Part shown: positions 41,456 through 53,610 of the stretch, one piece after another | How the letters are laid out: each line of letters opens with the position of its first letter | Position numbering within the stretch: the first letter of the stretch is position 1 | DNA from: Eledone cirrhosa | Taxonomy: Eukaryota | Direction of reading: 5' to 3' | DNA length: 64,000 nt | Assembly: GCA_964016885.1 (NCBI GenBank) | Contig: OZ024740.1 | Location: forward strand, 352,160,001-352,224,000 | Program-made: the position numbers and the translations under genes | Notes under the pieces: model-generated | What the model saw: the letters and a program-made list of their open reading frames with translations, nothing else | What the model was told of the DNA's origin: nothing | Database searches by the model: none

Positions 41456-42489
41456 GCAACATCTTATTGCACTGAATCAACTAGGACAGTGCACAACGTT
41501 CAAAGTCAACAATATCAGTTTCGTGATGATAAAAAAAAAATATGGATAATCCCTATACTAAAACAAATGCAGAGCTCGATTGCATGAAGACAAAATCTTC
41601 ACCCAATTCTTATCTATCATCAAATGGAGCGAGTTGCTACAAGATATTTGAATTCCCCCTCCCTCAACGTTCTACAAAGTTATAAAATTTTGATATAACA
41701 AAGTTCTTTCTCTACATCTTTCACGGAATTATAATAACATTAACCAACTTTACCCCCTATGGCAAACTTGAAGTGTCTTATCTTTAAACTTTAATTATTG
41801 CAGTCCTGTTACCGTACTCCGACCACCGAGGAAAAAGATATATTTACATCCAGTTATCTGACAGACTGATTAAATATTAGAAATAATATTGAGTTAACTG
41901 GGACACAAAAATATGACATTTCCCTACAAACCTTTTACAAGCATACATATACATACCCCAGATAACTAAAAGCAAACCTATAAACAGTCTCATATGTATT
42001 GGTTTAATGACAGAAACTTCTGGTTGGAACAGCATGAAATATCTAGGGAAATTAAAGTTTGTAAGAATTTAACAGCTGAGGGCATATTATACCAATAACA
42101 GACATTTGACAAAATCTGCAACTGTAATATATAAGAAAGAAAGAAAAAAAAGCTTCAGTCTGTAATTGTCTAGGGAATTTGAGAGGAAAGGAAATAAAGT
42201 TTATATCTAAAAGAAAGTACGAAAGGGTGGTTGAGTATCGTAGAAGTTTAATTTTATTTCGCCATCTTTGTTGGGTGGTGGTGATTAGTTAGTGTAAGAA
42301 CAGTTTAAGTTACAGATGTCAGAAAAAAAAGCTTAATGAATGAAAATTAGATAAAAATAAAAATGTTAGCATAATTCAAGGTTTTATTAGAGACAGGGTG
42401 GAGTTGTTACTATAAACGATACACAACAAGGAGAGAGTATGTGGTTATGCCATATGAACAAAATAGCAGCAAAATCTTGAACACGTTAG

Positions 42490-42632
42490 CAGTGCCGGAT
42501 TTACCATTGTGCTTTAGCACTGGGCCCCTTTTGCCAGGGTGGGGGGGGGGGGACCATCTTCCTTTAGGGCCCAAGTAAGAGGTCTCATAACTTAACTAGC
42601 ACAGGGCCTCATTTGTCCTAAATCCGGCACTG
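42490..42632. mobile_element. hAT-type MITE
   Basis: Perfect 14-bp TIR CAGTGCCGGATTTA; flanks CACGTTAG / AGCGTTAG (6/8); inverted partial copy at 40897-40952. Confidence 0.8.
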
Positions 42633-43116
42633 AGCGTTAGATAAAGTTCTGGGCTTCCCGCACATAGAAATACCTTTATCATAGGTTTCTTTGATCAGGG
42701 CTGATCTGGGTCTAAACAACAACTTCAAACGATATGTATAGCACAGGATGCAATTCTAAAATAATGAAATTTTCTGCTCAAAATAAACATGAAAAGAAAT
42801 GCAAAAGTGTTTGTCTTGTTCTTATAACGGAATATTATTTAATGATGTTCAGTGTATATTACTTACGTCCATGTTCACCGTCACTAACACAAGAAGAAAC
42901 ATCTTCAATGTAAATATTAATGTTTCTAGTTTAATGCAGATATAAGATGTAGCTTATCAATTTAGCCAGTAAGAAAATAAAATTATGTTATTTCTTAGTT
43001 TGTGGTTAGATAATGCCAGAGTTAGTTTAAAACGATATAAAACGCTGCGTTAAATGATATGACGCGTCTTATTAGTGTAGGAAGTAAGTCGATCGACAAA
43101 GAATGGGTAATTTTTG

Positions 43117-43332
43117 ACAATAGATCTTGAAATAAGAAAACGAAAATATCATGTCCAATTCAGTAAATTCGTTGCGTGTTAGGATTCCCTAGCTGTGTTA
43201 TATAACACGCACACACGAACCAACAAGATAACCCTAATACTAACACTAACGATAATTAACCCTAACGAACCCTAAACTTAATCCGGTGAATCGGACGAGA
43301 CATTTTAGTTTTCTTATTTCGAGATCTATTGT
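43117..43332. mobile_element. MITE with ~46-bp TIRs and internal CCCTAA-like repeats
   Basis: ACAATAGATCTTGAAATAAGAAAAC.. (43117-43162) matches the reverse complement of 43287-43332. Confidence 0.75.
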
Positions 43333-43369
43333 AAATGATAACTAACAAAATTTAATTTCTTCTTTGCTC

Positions 43370-43860
43370 ACTTATTCCTGGGAGGATCGTGGGGTCTGAG
43401 TCCTCAAGCTCGCTTTCTAGCGAGTCATGCCAGAAGCAACTCTCTATTTATCTATCTGGCTCCACAAGCGAGACCAGCCGAGCTCAGGAATGTTATCCAA
43501 CCATCTTGTTCGGGTTATACCTCTGGGTCTCCTGCAGGTTAGTTTTGCCCGTAAAATCTGTCCAGCGATTCTTTTCTTAAAGATTCTAACCTCGTGTCCA
43601 TAGTACTGGAGCTGTGATCTTTCAATGCTATGTACCCTATCGATTAACGATACTCAGGAGACGCTTCGGAGAAACACCATTTCGGCCGTTTTGTATTTGC
43701 GATTGTATTATTTTGGTCATTACCCAAGATTCATAACATGAGTAAGGATAAACACGAACACGGAATTGATAAGTTTAGCTTTTACACCTACTCCACTTTT
43801 GATAACCGACTTCTGAAGCTGATGCATTATTGCACCAACTCCAGTAATGCTTACATTTAA
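43370..43860 (-). pseudogene. RTE (Rex3-like) 3' fragment
   Basis: Colinear with 58078-58560, whose minus strand reads KAKLTFFNSVFVPTFTYPHESWVM..QIQTAE (RTE C-terminal half). Confidence 0.7.
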
Positions 43861-43949
43861 TTCAGGAAGCAAACGTTAATGCATTCTGAAAATACAAACA
43901 ATATCAAATATATCAATACGGCGGCATATTTCTTTACTGTGGGTGGTGG

Positions 43950-44193
43950 GGATTTTGAGGCCGGTAAGCTCCAGTTCTGATGGGAAACCGGCCGCACCAA
44001 GGATCCTTCTGACAACGTCGTTCAAAGTAGTGTACCGAGAGAACCGACCTGCACTGTGGCGACAAAAGAGTGAGTGTAGTCAAAATTCATCGATCATGGC
44101 TCCACAACATTTGTATGGTTCACACGCGGAGGCCAAGGCGCTAGGCCACTTCAATGCGTCGGTAATCGGCATACTGGGTGATGGTGAAGACAT
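43950..44193 (-). pseudogene. CRE-clade fragment (zinc knuckle/pre-RLE region), continuous with 46311-46400 across the LTR insertion
   Basis: [58 protein letters not shown] matches the CRE C.CG..H.LSC..GR..RH..LND..LEP.GL pattern. Confidence 0.75.
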
Positions 44194-44550
44194 TGTAGCG
44201 GTTGTCTCCCTTGTTTTGATTAGGATCTAGGCGGGAAGTGGAACCCTTTCTGCAACTTCCGGTCAGGGCCTTATAAAACTAACAACTTTAAGCTTCCTTT
44301 CTCTCATTGCCTTTTCGGCACCAGGTTAAGAGCCTCTCATTTGGCCAACAGGCCCCTGGCCTTAGCCAGGCGTCCTCTGCCAGCCGCGTTTGCCTGGCAA
44401 TCAATACGGTAACTACTAACTTTGTTTCATTCTAACATCATCCTCATCTTTGACATGTCAACTATACTATCTACCATTGTTAATTAAATATTATACACAC
44501 AAACCATGTCTCGTTTTGTTACATTCATACAACCCAGTATCCTCGCTATA
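44194..44550 (+). repeat. 5' LTR (357 bp)
   Basis: TGTAGCG...CGCTATA termini; TATAAAA near 44272. Confidence 0.92.
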
Positions 44551-44551
44551 T

Positions 44552-44583
44552 TGGTAACCCTGACGTGATACGAACACGCAGCC
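44552..44583 (+). promoter_or_regulatory. Primer-binding site complementary to tRNA-Trp (extended)
   Basis: TGGTAACCCTGACGTGAT versus the metazoan tRNA-Trp 3' complement TGGTGACCCCGACGTGAT; the match continues through CGAACACGCAGCC. Confidence 0.85.
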
Positions 44584-45936
44584 GTTCATCGCTATAAGTG
44601 GTCACCCCCCCCCCTCCCCCCCCCCCCCCCCCAAAAAAGAAAAAAATAGCACATCTGGTTTTGTGAGTAACATTACGAATACACAGCAAATTTAGCGACA
44701 AACTATGAAAATACTCAAGGACACGCACACACGCACATGTGGAATTCGCACAGACAGACTTTTTCTCTCACGCATCAATTAACTGTCGCATTTCACCAAT
44801 ATATATATATGTTTCTCGTTTCTTACAACGAACACTTTCAAAACAAACAAAAAAAAAAACATTTCACGATATATATATATGTTTCTCGTTTCTTACAACG
44901 AACTCTTTCAAAACACAAAAAAAAAAAAAAGAAATTTGATATTCTTTAAAAAACATTTCAACAGGAACATTTATTTTCGATGAACCATTGCCTTTTTGTT
45001 CATCGTTTTCTTCATCGTTCAAGTTTTTTGTTTTTTTCCAAAGTTCACACCAATAATTATGCTGAGTGAAGCCTTTCTTTTTCATCATTGTCACTTTCAA
45101 AATTGCACTATCATTTTCTCGCACGTTAGAAATATTATTTTTTTCAACCTTGTATTGGCACGTGTAGGCAGCACAAATTCTCGATTCACAGAGATGTCTC
45201 TACTCACAGACAGCCGCACGCCAGAGATAACATTTCTCACCAGGGATTCTTCAGCCTTAAGCTATATTCTTCTATTTGCCGGTTTATAAATTTACAATGT
45301 AAATTTACCGTTGATTACCGCGCATTTATTAAGAATGCTTATTTCTCTGGTCGCTGGCCTCTTGACCCTTCCAGGTCAACGCATTCTCAACATCGACCAT
45401 CAACTTCGGCTGCTATTTCTAGCACTTTGCGCAACTCATTTTTTTTACTGTGAATTTAAACACCGAATACGCTCACTCAGCGAGACAACAGCAGCAGCAA
45501 CAGCAATATAACAGCAACAGCAATACATCAATACAGCTTCACCAAAGCCAGAGAATTCATTTTTGCAGCACTCTTCCTGTGAGAAAATCCATTCGGAGGT
45601 TGGAAATTTCACGATATACCACAGAACAGAAACCACCTGCATTCATTCTCTGGAACACACTTTCTTTCCTGCTGTCATGTGATTGCACACCTGTGAACTA
45701 TATTTTGAACTTTGAGCTCTTCTATTACTTTTACTTTATTACATTGTATCTTTGGGTGATGGATAGATGGATGTCCAGTCGTTCTCTGGCCAAGAGCGGT
45801 TGGCTACCTTGATATCTATCATTGATTTTTCCAAACATTCTTTTGTCGTAATTTTCATGCCTGTTACAACATTCTTGCCAACTTGCTACATATTTTCATT
45901 TCGATTTTTATACACTAAAATTCTGGCGGGAGGTTA

Positions 45937-46310
45937 TGTAGCGGTTGTCTCCCTTGTTTTGATTAGGATCTAGGCGGGAAGTGGAACCCTTTCTGCAACT
46001 TCCGGTCAGAGCCCTATAAAACTAACAACTTTAAGCTTCCTTTCTCTCATTGCCTTTTCGGCACCAGGTCAAGAGCCTCTCATTTGGCTCTGCCATTAAT
46101 TTGGCCAACAGGCGCCTGGCCTTAGCCAGGCGTCCTCTGCCAGCCGCGTTTGCCTGGCAATCAATACGGTAACTACTAACTTTGTTTCATTCTAACATCA
46201 TCCTCATCTTTGACATGTCAACTATACTATCTACCATTGTTAATTAAATATTATACACACAAACCATGTCTCGTTTTGTTACATTCATACAACCGAGTAT
46301 CTTCGCTATA
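45937..46310 (+). repeat. 3' LTR (374 bp)
   Basis: Matches the 5' LTR except for about 6 substitutions and 17 extra bases between ATTTGGC direct repeats. Confidence 0.92.
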
Positions 46311-46699
46311 ACATCATCAACCCAAACTGCCAGAACTAACTCGAGTTTCCTGTCCACATCTGAGTGTGTGGCTAGAGATAATGGTAATTAAGTAGGTCGA
46401 TAGGAAAAGTAAACTTAACTTAGTACATGTGGATGGTAAAATTCGTGCCTAAGTATCTGATTTCTTTAATGAAGATCTTTTGTGTCTGATTCAACTAGAT
46501 TCAAGATCACTTTAGGTAGTAGTTGCAACCAATTTAACGAAGATAAATTGAAGAGATTATCAAATAACAATTAACATTACAAATAAATAAATCAGTCACA
46601 CACACACACACATGTACATCAGGTCTGAACAGAGAGGAACCAAACCCCCACTGTCACCTCCTCTCCCGCTCTCCCCATCTCTCATTATGAGCAAATGGG

Positions 46700-46960
46700 G
46701 TCCCATGCGGTGGCCGCCCCGCGGCCTCGGCGGACAGAATAGAGAAGGAGTTTCTCCGGAGCATGGCGAGGGAGATGTGCTGGAAGAGCCATTCCAACTC
46801 GCGCGGCTCACATTTGCAGGTAGCCAGTTCTGTGCCGTTAGTGGTGAGTAGGGAGGTGGCCCTAGGGCTGAGAACACCAAACGTCTCCGCTGCTACGGGA
46901 TCGATTACAAACATGTCGGAGAGTGACCAATATTTGGTTGGAGAAAAAACCAAGACAGTC
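46700..46960 (-). pseudogene. CRE-clade RLE C-terminus
   Basis: ORF 46654-47013: KYWSL..PVAAETFG..ELEWLFQHISLAMLRRNSFSI matches the CRE K..Y..P.AVET.G..L.QRISLA..RGNA.SI end. Confidence 0.75.
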
Positions 46961-48929
46961 TCTGAAATAGAGAGTGGTGGGGTGGGGGTGTTTGTGTAGC
47001 TGTCACTATACATCTAAGGAATCACAAAACAACGAAGATTTTACGCTTGAAATGGCAGTTTAAATCTACTTTGGACAACTCTATCGTTTAAAAAAAAATA
47101 ACACATATTGGAAAATGACACGAGTATGAAAAAGAACATGGATGGTATAGTAATGGCTAAGACGCTTTTATCGTAGGTCTTTTGTTTCGAGAATGAACTG
47201 GTGCTAAACACTTACGACCATTGCCAGAAACATCACTATTACAACCACCACTGCAGAAATAAACCCTTTCTTACACCAAAACAAGATATTACTAGCATAA
47301 GTGAAGAGTGGCGAAAGAAAAGAAAGTAAATAGAAACCGAAGGAAAAAAAACAGATTGTAGGGGGCGGGGGGGGGGGGGGATAGCAATTACTTTTCTCGA
47401 TATGATTTCCGATTTAGCCATATGGCCAACAATTTTTGGGAGAGGGGAAAGTCGATTAAATAGACCCCAGTGCATTACTGGTGCTTTATTTATCGACCTC
47501 GTATGGATGAAAGGCAATTAATTTAATATCAAATGCAACACAAAACACTCACCAGCATAAATGCAATTGATATCGCAGCTGAGGTGCTGGTACAACGAAG
47601 CACCCTCACGAGCAACACCTGATATTTAAAAAAAAAAAAACACGAGCCGCCAAAACGATATGAGAACGTCTCGAATATCACCGGCTGAAAAATGTAATTC
47701 ACTGACTAATTACGCCTACAACGAAGTAGCAGTGATGCTTGTGAAGATGCTTGACTGTTCTAGCGTCACATCCCCGTTATCACCTGTAGTAATATTATGG
47801 GTGTTATCTCAGAAAAATTCAGAGATAAACATCAGCATTCCCAGTTGTAGTGTGTAATTGAGGAAATGTCATGTCTATTTTTTTCTTTCTTTCTAACTAA
47901 TATTTTATCGTTACCTGACAGTTTCACTTCACCAAAATCAAGCGAGTAAACACTGCAATCGTTATACATAATCAAGCAATGAAACGAATGAATAGACCGG
48001 TTGATCTGGATATGTAAATTCCGAATGATTTATTAGTAAAATAAATTTAAAAAATATGTGTGAAGAACAGGAAATATCCGAACATGCATCGGATATCACG
48101 TTATCTGCAGGAATTTTGTATATGTAAATTCATAATGATTTATTAGTAAAAGAGAAGATTTCAAATTAAATTATGCTTGATAATGATCAAAGAAAAACTG
48201 AAAAAAAATTATTGATATTGAGTCAAATTAATAATTTGATTTAAATTAATGTCAAACTAGAGAACCAGTGCTGTCAATAATAACGGCAATAGTGTTGAAC
48301 GAATATAATTTTTGGAATTCGGAATTGGTATACCATATATATGAACAATCATTATCTGGTAAATTGGTGTCTTGATAAATATATGGTTTGCAGGGTAGAA
48401 ACCCTATAGTTTATGTTGATTACTGATATGTGATAGTAATTAAAGAATAATAATTTCTTTCTAGGATATAAAGGATATAATTACATAACTGTTCAGCAGG
48501 ATTAAATGTATGAGTAACTTTGAAGAAACAACTATTTACAAGGTTAAAACCCAGAACATTGTCATAGGAAAGCGAACTTACTGTCGTCAATATGACTGAG
48601 ATAGGAAATGCATTGTATATGGGTGTAGATTATCGACTTTAATGCACTGAAATCACAAGGACCTCCAGAAGTCGACAGATAAGAAGGGATTGTCCCGTGT
48701 TTCTTCCGTTGTCTTCGTCCGACATTTTTTTATTTTATATATATATATATATAATTTCTCCAGCTGAGTGAACTGAAGCAACGTGAAATGTTTTGGTGTA
48801 GAACCCAACGCATCGCCCAGTTCATGAATCGAACTCACAACTTCTCGATTGTGAGCCCAGTGCTCTAACCACTGCCCCATTTTAGAGAAGGATGGACTCC
48901 TCCAGGCTTAAAATGTCCAAGAAGATATA

Positions 48930-49109
48930 GGAGGGTCGGCTGAAAAGTTCATAGACTGACCAAGATACTTCCATGGAAAACTAAATGAGATTTATTTTTT
49001 AACAGTCCCTGAAAAGAAACAATACAGTTATGGATAAGAAGAGTTGAATAATGCATGCTCTAGCATCAATCCTTCATAGTCAGCCAATGAACTTTTCAGT
49101 CGACTCTCG
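48930..49109 (-). mobile_element. 180-bp MITE derived from the mariner family at 33014-34251
   Basis: TA on both sides; same TIR; each half matches one subterminal region of the mariner in reverse orientation. Confidence 0.88.
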
Positions 49110-50649
49110 TAGATAGACCAAGTCTGTCTACCTCACCCTAATTAAATAGTACTTGTTAATTGAGATATGAAAAAAAATGTACCTGTTTAAAGAAGCCAAA
49201 TAAGTGAATGGAATGGAGAAAGATTCCCCACTTAATGTCAAGATTTCAAATAACAAAAAGTAATATGAAAGGAATTTTACTTGAGATTTTCGGTAATTTA
49301 GTAAAACTCCGTCCAGTTTCTTGCTTATAAGCATTTTCTCAGGTAAAGCTATATTTCATTCCATGTATACCTCTCCTATCTTCAGTGAAACTCTCGCTAG
49401 AGTCTTTCCCAGAATTCATATAATTAAGACGTTAGCCAATACTATTGTATGATTTTTTTAAAATATATTCTATTCGTAGCAAAGAGTTAGCAGTTCCACG
49501 CCATCAAATTGAAAATAGATACTATCTACAATGGGCCTGTATTATCAGGTTCAAGCTCTTCCTTTCTTCTAAACAATATGCATGAAAGTAGTTGTGAACT
49601 AAGCCCTACAAATTAATTAAACAAGATACTCCGGCTCAAAATTACCGTTACGGATATATATATTACTGAGATTACTCTGTTGCTACTCCGAGTTTCGTGA
49701 TTGCTTGCTACTCACGCAACTAAAGTTAATATTGCTGTAGGCGTTGTCTATGATAAGATTCCACACACAGAGTAAGACTTACCATACGTTTATATGAATT
49801 CACAGAAATCTACATATACACACACAAGCGCATGCGCAAACACATTGTGCGTATTTCAAAAAATAAATCTTTCGCTCGTAATCGTGAGTTCGATTCCCAG
49901 ACCAAATGGTACATTGTGTCGTTGAGCAAGTCATTTTTCATGTTGTTCCAGTCCATTTAGCTGCAAGAGACAATGAGTTGCGATGACACAGGTGCCAAGC
50001 TGTGTCGGCATTTGCCTTTCTCTTGGACAACATCAGTGGCATGGAGAGGTGGAACTGACATTCATGGGCGACTGTTGGGCTTCCATAAAACACCTTGTCC
50101 AGGCGTGCAACTTAGAAAGTAATATTGATCGAAGGGACTCTATATATTTGTAAACATTTTAGCTCAATCAGAAGGAACAACGGCTTCCCCTTGCTGTTCT
50201 GCTGAAATTCTGCATTCTATTTTTTATATCATGTATTTTGTGAACCCTTTGCGACGTTGGTTGTAGGTTTTCAATGGGCCAATCTCTGGTTCACTGCATT
50301 TTTGTGGCGACAACGAAAAGAGAGTGTCTATGCACCTTGGGCGAAATAGATACCACAAAATGTTTTTATTTGGTACATCAGTTTATCAGGAATTTTCTCG
50401 AAGGTGTATATATCTTTCGCTGATGTGCGTGTGTGTCAAAAACATGAGGAAGAAAAGGTACCAGAGATCAAACTTCTTATAAGAAGTTAGAAAAGAGCCT
50501 TAACGTTTCAGACGCTAGCCCTTCATATGAAGCTAGATATAAAGAGATGTTTTGGAGAGAGGAGGAGAAAGAAGATAGAAGAAAGAAACAAAACGAAAAA
50601 AAAAGAAAATATAAGCGGGAAGAAAATACATCTAATATATACACATATC

Positions 50650-51550
50650 CTTACACTTATCCATTGCTCTTAAGCGAGACAGCAAGCACAACTTTACGCC
50701 AACAGTCTCTGTTTCACATCAAAGTTTATAGGCTATCCTTGTCAATTCCAGTGTATCCTGGTATCTGGACTTTCTGGTAGAGATCTACCACAACAAAGGC
50801 CTGAAACCATCTCGTCTTTTGCGCGGAAGCAACGACCAGCAAACTCTGTACAACTTTCAATACGTTGTGCTCTTACATTTAGGATTTTTTCGTATATCTG
50901 ATTAAGCGTGGGATGGGTCTACCAAGGAATTATTTGAGCCTTTCTCAGAAGGGTAGTGTAACATCCATCTAAACGGCTCTCTAGATGGGAATGCAAGGTC
51001 CAAGTCTCAGAACCATAGAGAAGGATCAACTCTACTGTTGTTCTCAACAGGCTGGTTTTAAATTTGTTTGGTATATTGAACTTCCAAATTTGATCCAGTT
51101 TATGAGATGCATTCCAGGCCAGCGCTCTACATATTTGGAACTTCTTTTCTGAGTTCCTTATGAAAGAACCAAGGTATTTAAAGCCTTCTACTTGATTTAA
51201 GAATTTCCTGTTTACTTTGACTATGCTAGCATCAGATTCTCTTGAGATAACTCACTTTTTTAGTCATTGCAGTAGAGTTTAACATGAACAGCAGCTGGTT
51301 CTAGTGCATGAAGGAGTGATTGGGCATTTTCTACTGAGTTTGAGGGAAGAACCAAATCATCAGCAAAGTCTAGATCAGTGACAAATTCAGCAGGATATCT
51401 TCTGTCTCCTCTGAGCTTAAGCATCAACCATTTCATCTTATTACCGTCCACTGAAATATGTAGGATGTAGTCCAGAACAATTATAAAGAGAAAAAGAGTT
51501 AGAGTATCCCCTTCAAGAACCCCAGCCACTATATTGAAATATTCTGTTCG
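50650..51550 (-). pseudogene. 5'-truncated decayed RTE LINE (RT motifs to C-terminus)
   Basis: GVLEGDTL..FIIVLDY, DLDFADD, FKYLGS, LLYGSETWTL, RDCWRKV; homologous to the ORF at 59186-60628; 5' break lies at a (TACA)-like tract. Confidence 0.88.
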
Positions 51551-51746
51551 TGCACATACATACATGCGTACATACATACATGCGTACACACATACATTTG
51601 CTCGAGCAGAATGTTGTTTAGAAAATAGGTATCATGAGAAGGCTTACTCCCCAAACATACACCCTCACATATACACCCTCTCTCTTTTTCTCTCTCTCTC
51701 TCATGCCCTCTCTCTATATTTATATACATATAAATGTGACTATATG

Positions 51747-51811
<65 letters not shown>

Positions 51812-51835
51812 AGATAGATGCACACATATATACAT

Positions 51836-52260
51836 AATGGTTGTATCTCGGTTTCGAGAGTTGCCATCTCTTGGCCTTTTTCTCATACATGGGTGGCCTG
51901 AACATGACGTTTTAGTCCTTCCAAGGACTTAGATTCTTTTCTACATATGCTACAGCGAAAGAAAAAAGAAAAGGCCATACTTACGCAACACATATGAAAC
52001 TCGTTTAGATCAAGTAATGTCTATGCTTGAAGATTTTTTATGTGAAGAAAGGCCTTGCACTGGACCAATCCCACTCTGAACAATATGACAGGTGTACAAA
52101 AAGAAGAACAGGTCAACATAATTGGCTGCCATCGAGTTTCAGGGTTTACATCAGAGTTTTCCTTCTAGAATGACGTCCTAACAGGAACTAAGGGTATCTC
52201 ACTCCCGGTGGGCTAACCGCGCGCTCGAGCACCGAACCGAGTATTTCCATGTCCACACGC
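51836..52260 (-). mobile_element. Short non-autonomous RTE-derived retroposon, copy A
   Basis: RTE-leader-like CTAGAAGGAAAACTCTG; C2H2 relic CSICRKESKSLEGLKRHVQATH* (51954-51883); 3' hairpin CTCGAAACCGAG; TATG-like tail. Confidence 0.75.
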
Positions 52261-52348
52261 ATGCATGCATACATACATACATACATACATACATACATAC
52301 ATACATACATACATACATACATACATACATACATACATACATACATGC

Positions 52349-52905
52349 ATGGTGGCTGCCAACTCGTTTTCGAGTACGGCCACTACTTTATATCCATGTA
52401 GGAGAAGCCCTACCGATGCGCTGAACGAGTGTGACTTTTTAGTCCAGCCAGCGACTTGAAAACTCTGGTACAAACACTACACTTGTGACAATTATTGACA
52501 CATAGTGCTGAGCCCATGGTACCATGTGACGACAAGTGCAGAGAGATCTCCAGATATAAAGCAATGCCTGTGCCGTGAAGCTTTTATAGTGAGCAAAGGC
52601 ACTGCACAAAGCCAGTCCCACTCTCTTAACCAAGATGATATTTACCAAAAAGAAGAACAAGTCAACATCATTGAATACCATCAGGGCTACAGGTGTTATA
52701 TCAGAGTTTTCCTTCTCCTAGAATTCTGCTTTGACAAAGGCTAAGGGGTCATCTCTCCCGGTGATTTTGGATGGCCATTGACTCTTAAGAGCTCCTTTGC
52801 CCTTTGACAGGTTTTGTTTTTAGTCCTGCAGGATGTCCAAAGTCACCCTCCTCACCAAGAAACCTTGGTGGGGTTGCCAGTTTAGTCGCCAATGACCCGA
52901 CCATG
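52349..52905 (-). mobile_element. Short non-autonomous RTE-derived retroposon, copy B1
   Basis: CTAGGAGAAGGAAAACTCTG leader motif; C2H2 CSVCTRVFKSLAGLKSHTRSAHR* (52481-52410); 3' hairpin; (TATG)n tail 52261-52348. Confidence 0.8.
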
Positions 52906-52967
52906 ACATACATACATACATACATACATACATACATACATACATACATACATACATACATACATGC

Positions 52968-53524
52968 ATGGTGGCTGCCAACTCGTTTTCGAGTACGGCC
53001 ACTACTTTATATCCATGTAGGAGAAGCCCTACCGATGCGCTGAACGAGTGTGACTTTTTAGTCCAGCCAGCGACTTGAAAACTCTGGTACAAACACTACA
53101 CTTGTGACAATTATTGACACATAGTGCTGAGCCCATGGTACCATGTGACGACAAGTGCAGAGAGATCTCCAGATATAAAGCAATGCCTGTGCCGTGAAGC
53201 TTTTATAGTGAGCAAAGGCACTGCACAAAGCCAGTCCCACTCTCTTAACCAAGATGATATTTACCAAAAAGAAGAACAAGTCAACATCATTGAATACCAT
53301 CAGGGCTACAGGTGTTATATCAGAGTTTTCCTTCTCCTAGAATTCTGCTTTGACAAAGGCTAAGGGGTCATCTCTCCCGGTGATTTTGGATGGCCATTGA
53401 CTCTTAAGAGCTCCTTTGCCCTTTGACAGGTTTTGTTTTTAGTCCTGCAGGATGTCCAAAGTCACCCTCCTCACCAAGAAACCTTGGTGGGGTTGCCAGT
53501 TTAGTCGCCAATGACCCGACCATG
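52968..53524 (-). mobile_element. Short non-autonomous RTE-derived retroposon, copy B2 (duplicate of B1, 619-bp period)
   Basis: Appears identical to B1; the paired ORF translations in the track are identical. Confidence 0.85.
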
Positions 53525-53610
53525 ACATACATACATACATACATACATACATACATACATACATACATACATACATACATACATACATACATACATACAT
53601 ACATACATAC

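Larger units (their letters stand above)
44194..46310 (+). mobile_element. Non-autonomous Gypsy-type LTR retroelement (2.1 kb)
   Basis: Two LTRs, PBS, polypurine tract (GGCGGGAGG near 45925), 4-bp TSD ACAT (44190-44193, 46311-46314); no recognisable gag/pol ORF inside. Confidence 0.92.

Noticed and set aside
42260-42269. YY1-like motif / start codon AAGATGGCG on the minus strand
   Set aside because: The frame closes after three codons; a lone motif does not support a promoter.
45190-45560. Possible gag relic or polyQ ORF inside the LTR element
   Set aside because: No recognisable motif; the Q run is a CAG/CAA microsatellite.
47915-47952. 38-nt minus-strand exon candidate
   Set aside because: Weak polypyrimidine tract and no other support.
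50496-50535. Penelope-type minimal hammerhead-like motif on the minus strand (CATATGA-stem-GAAACGTTA)
   Set aside because: The core should be CTGATGA; with two substitutions it is at best an inactive relic.
51883-53100. C2H2 zinc-finger gene exons
   Set aside because: Single fingers embedded in retroposon 3' ends, with no TGEKP linkers or splice context.
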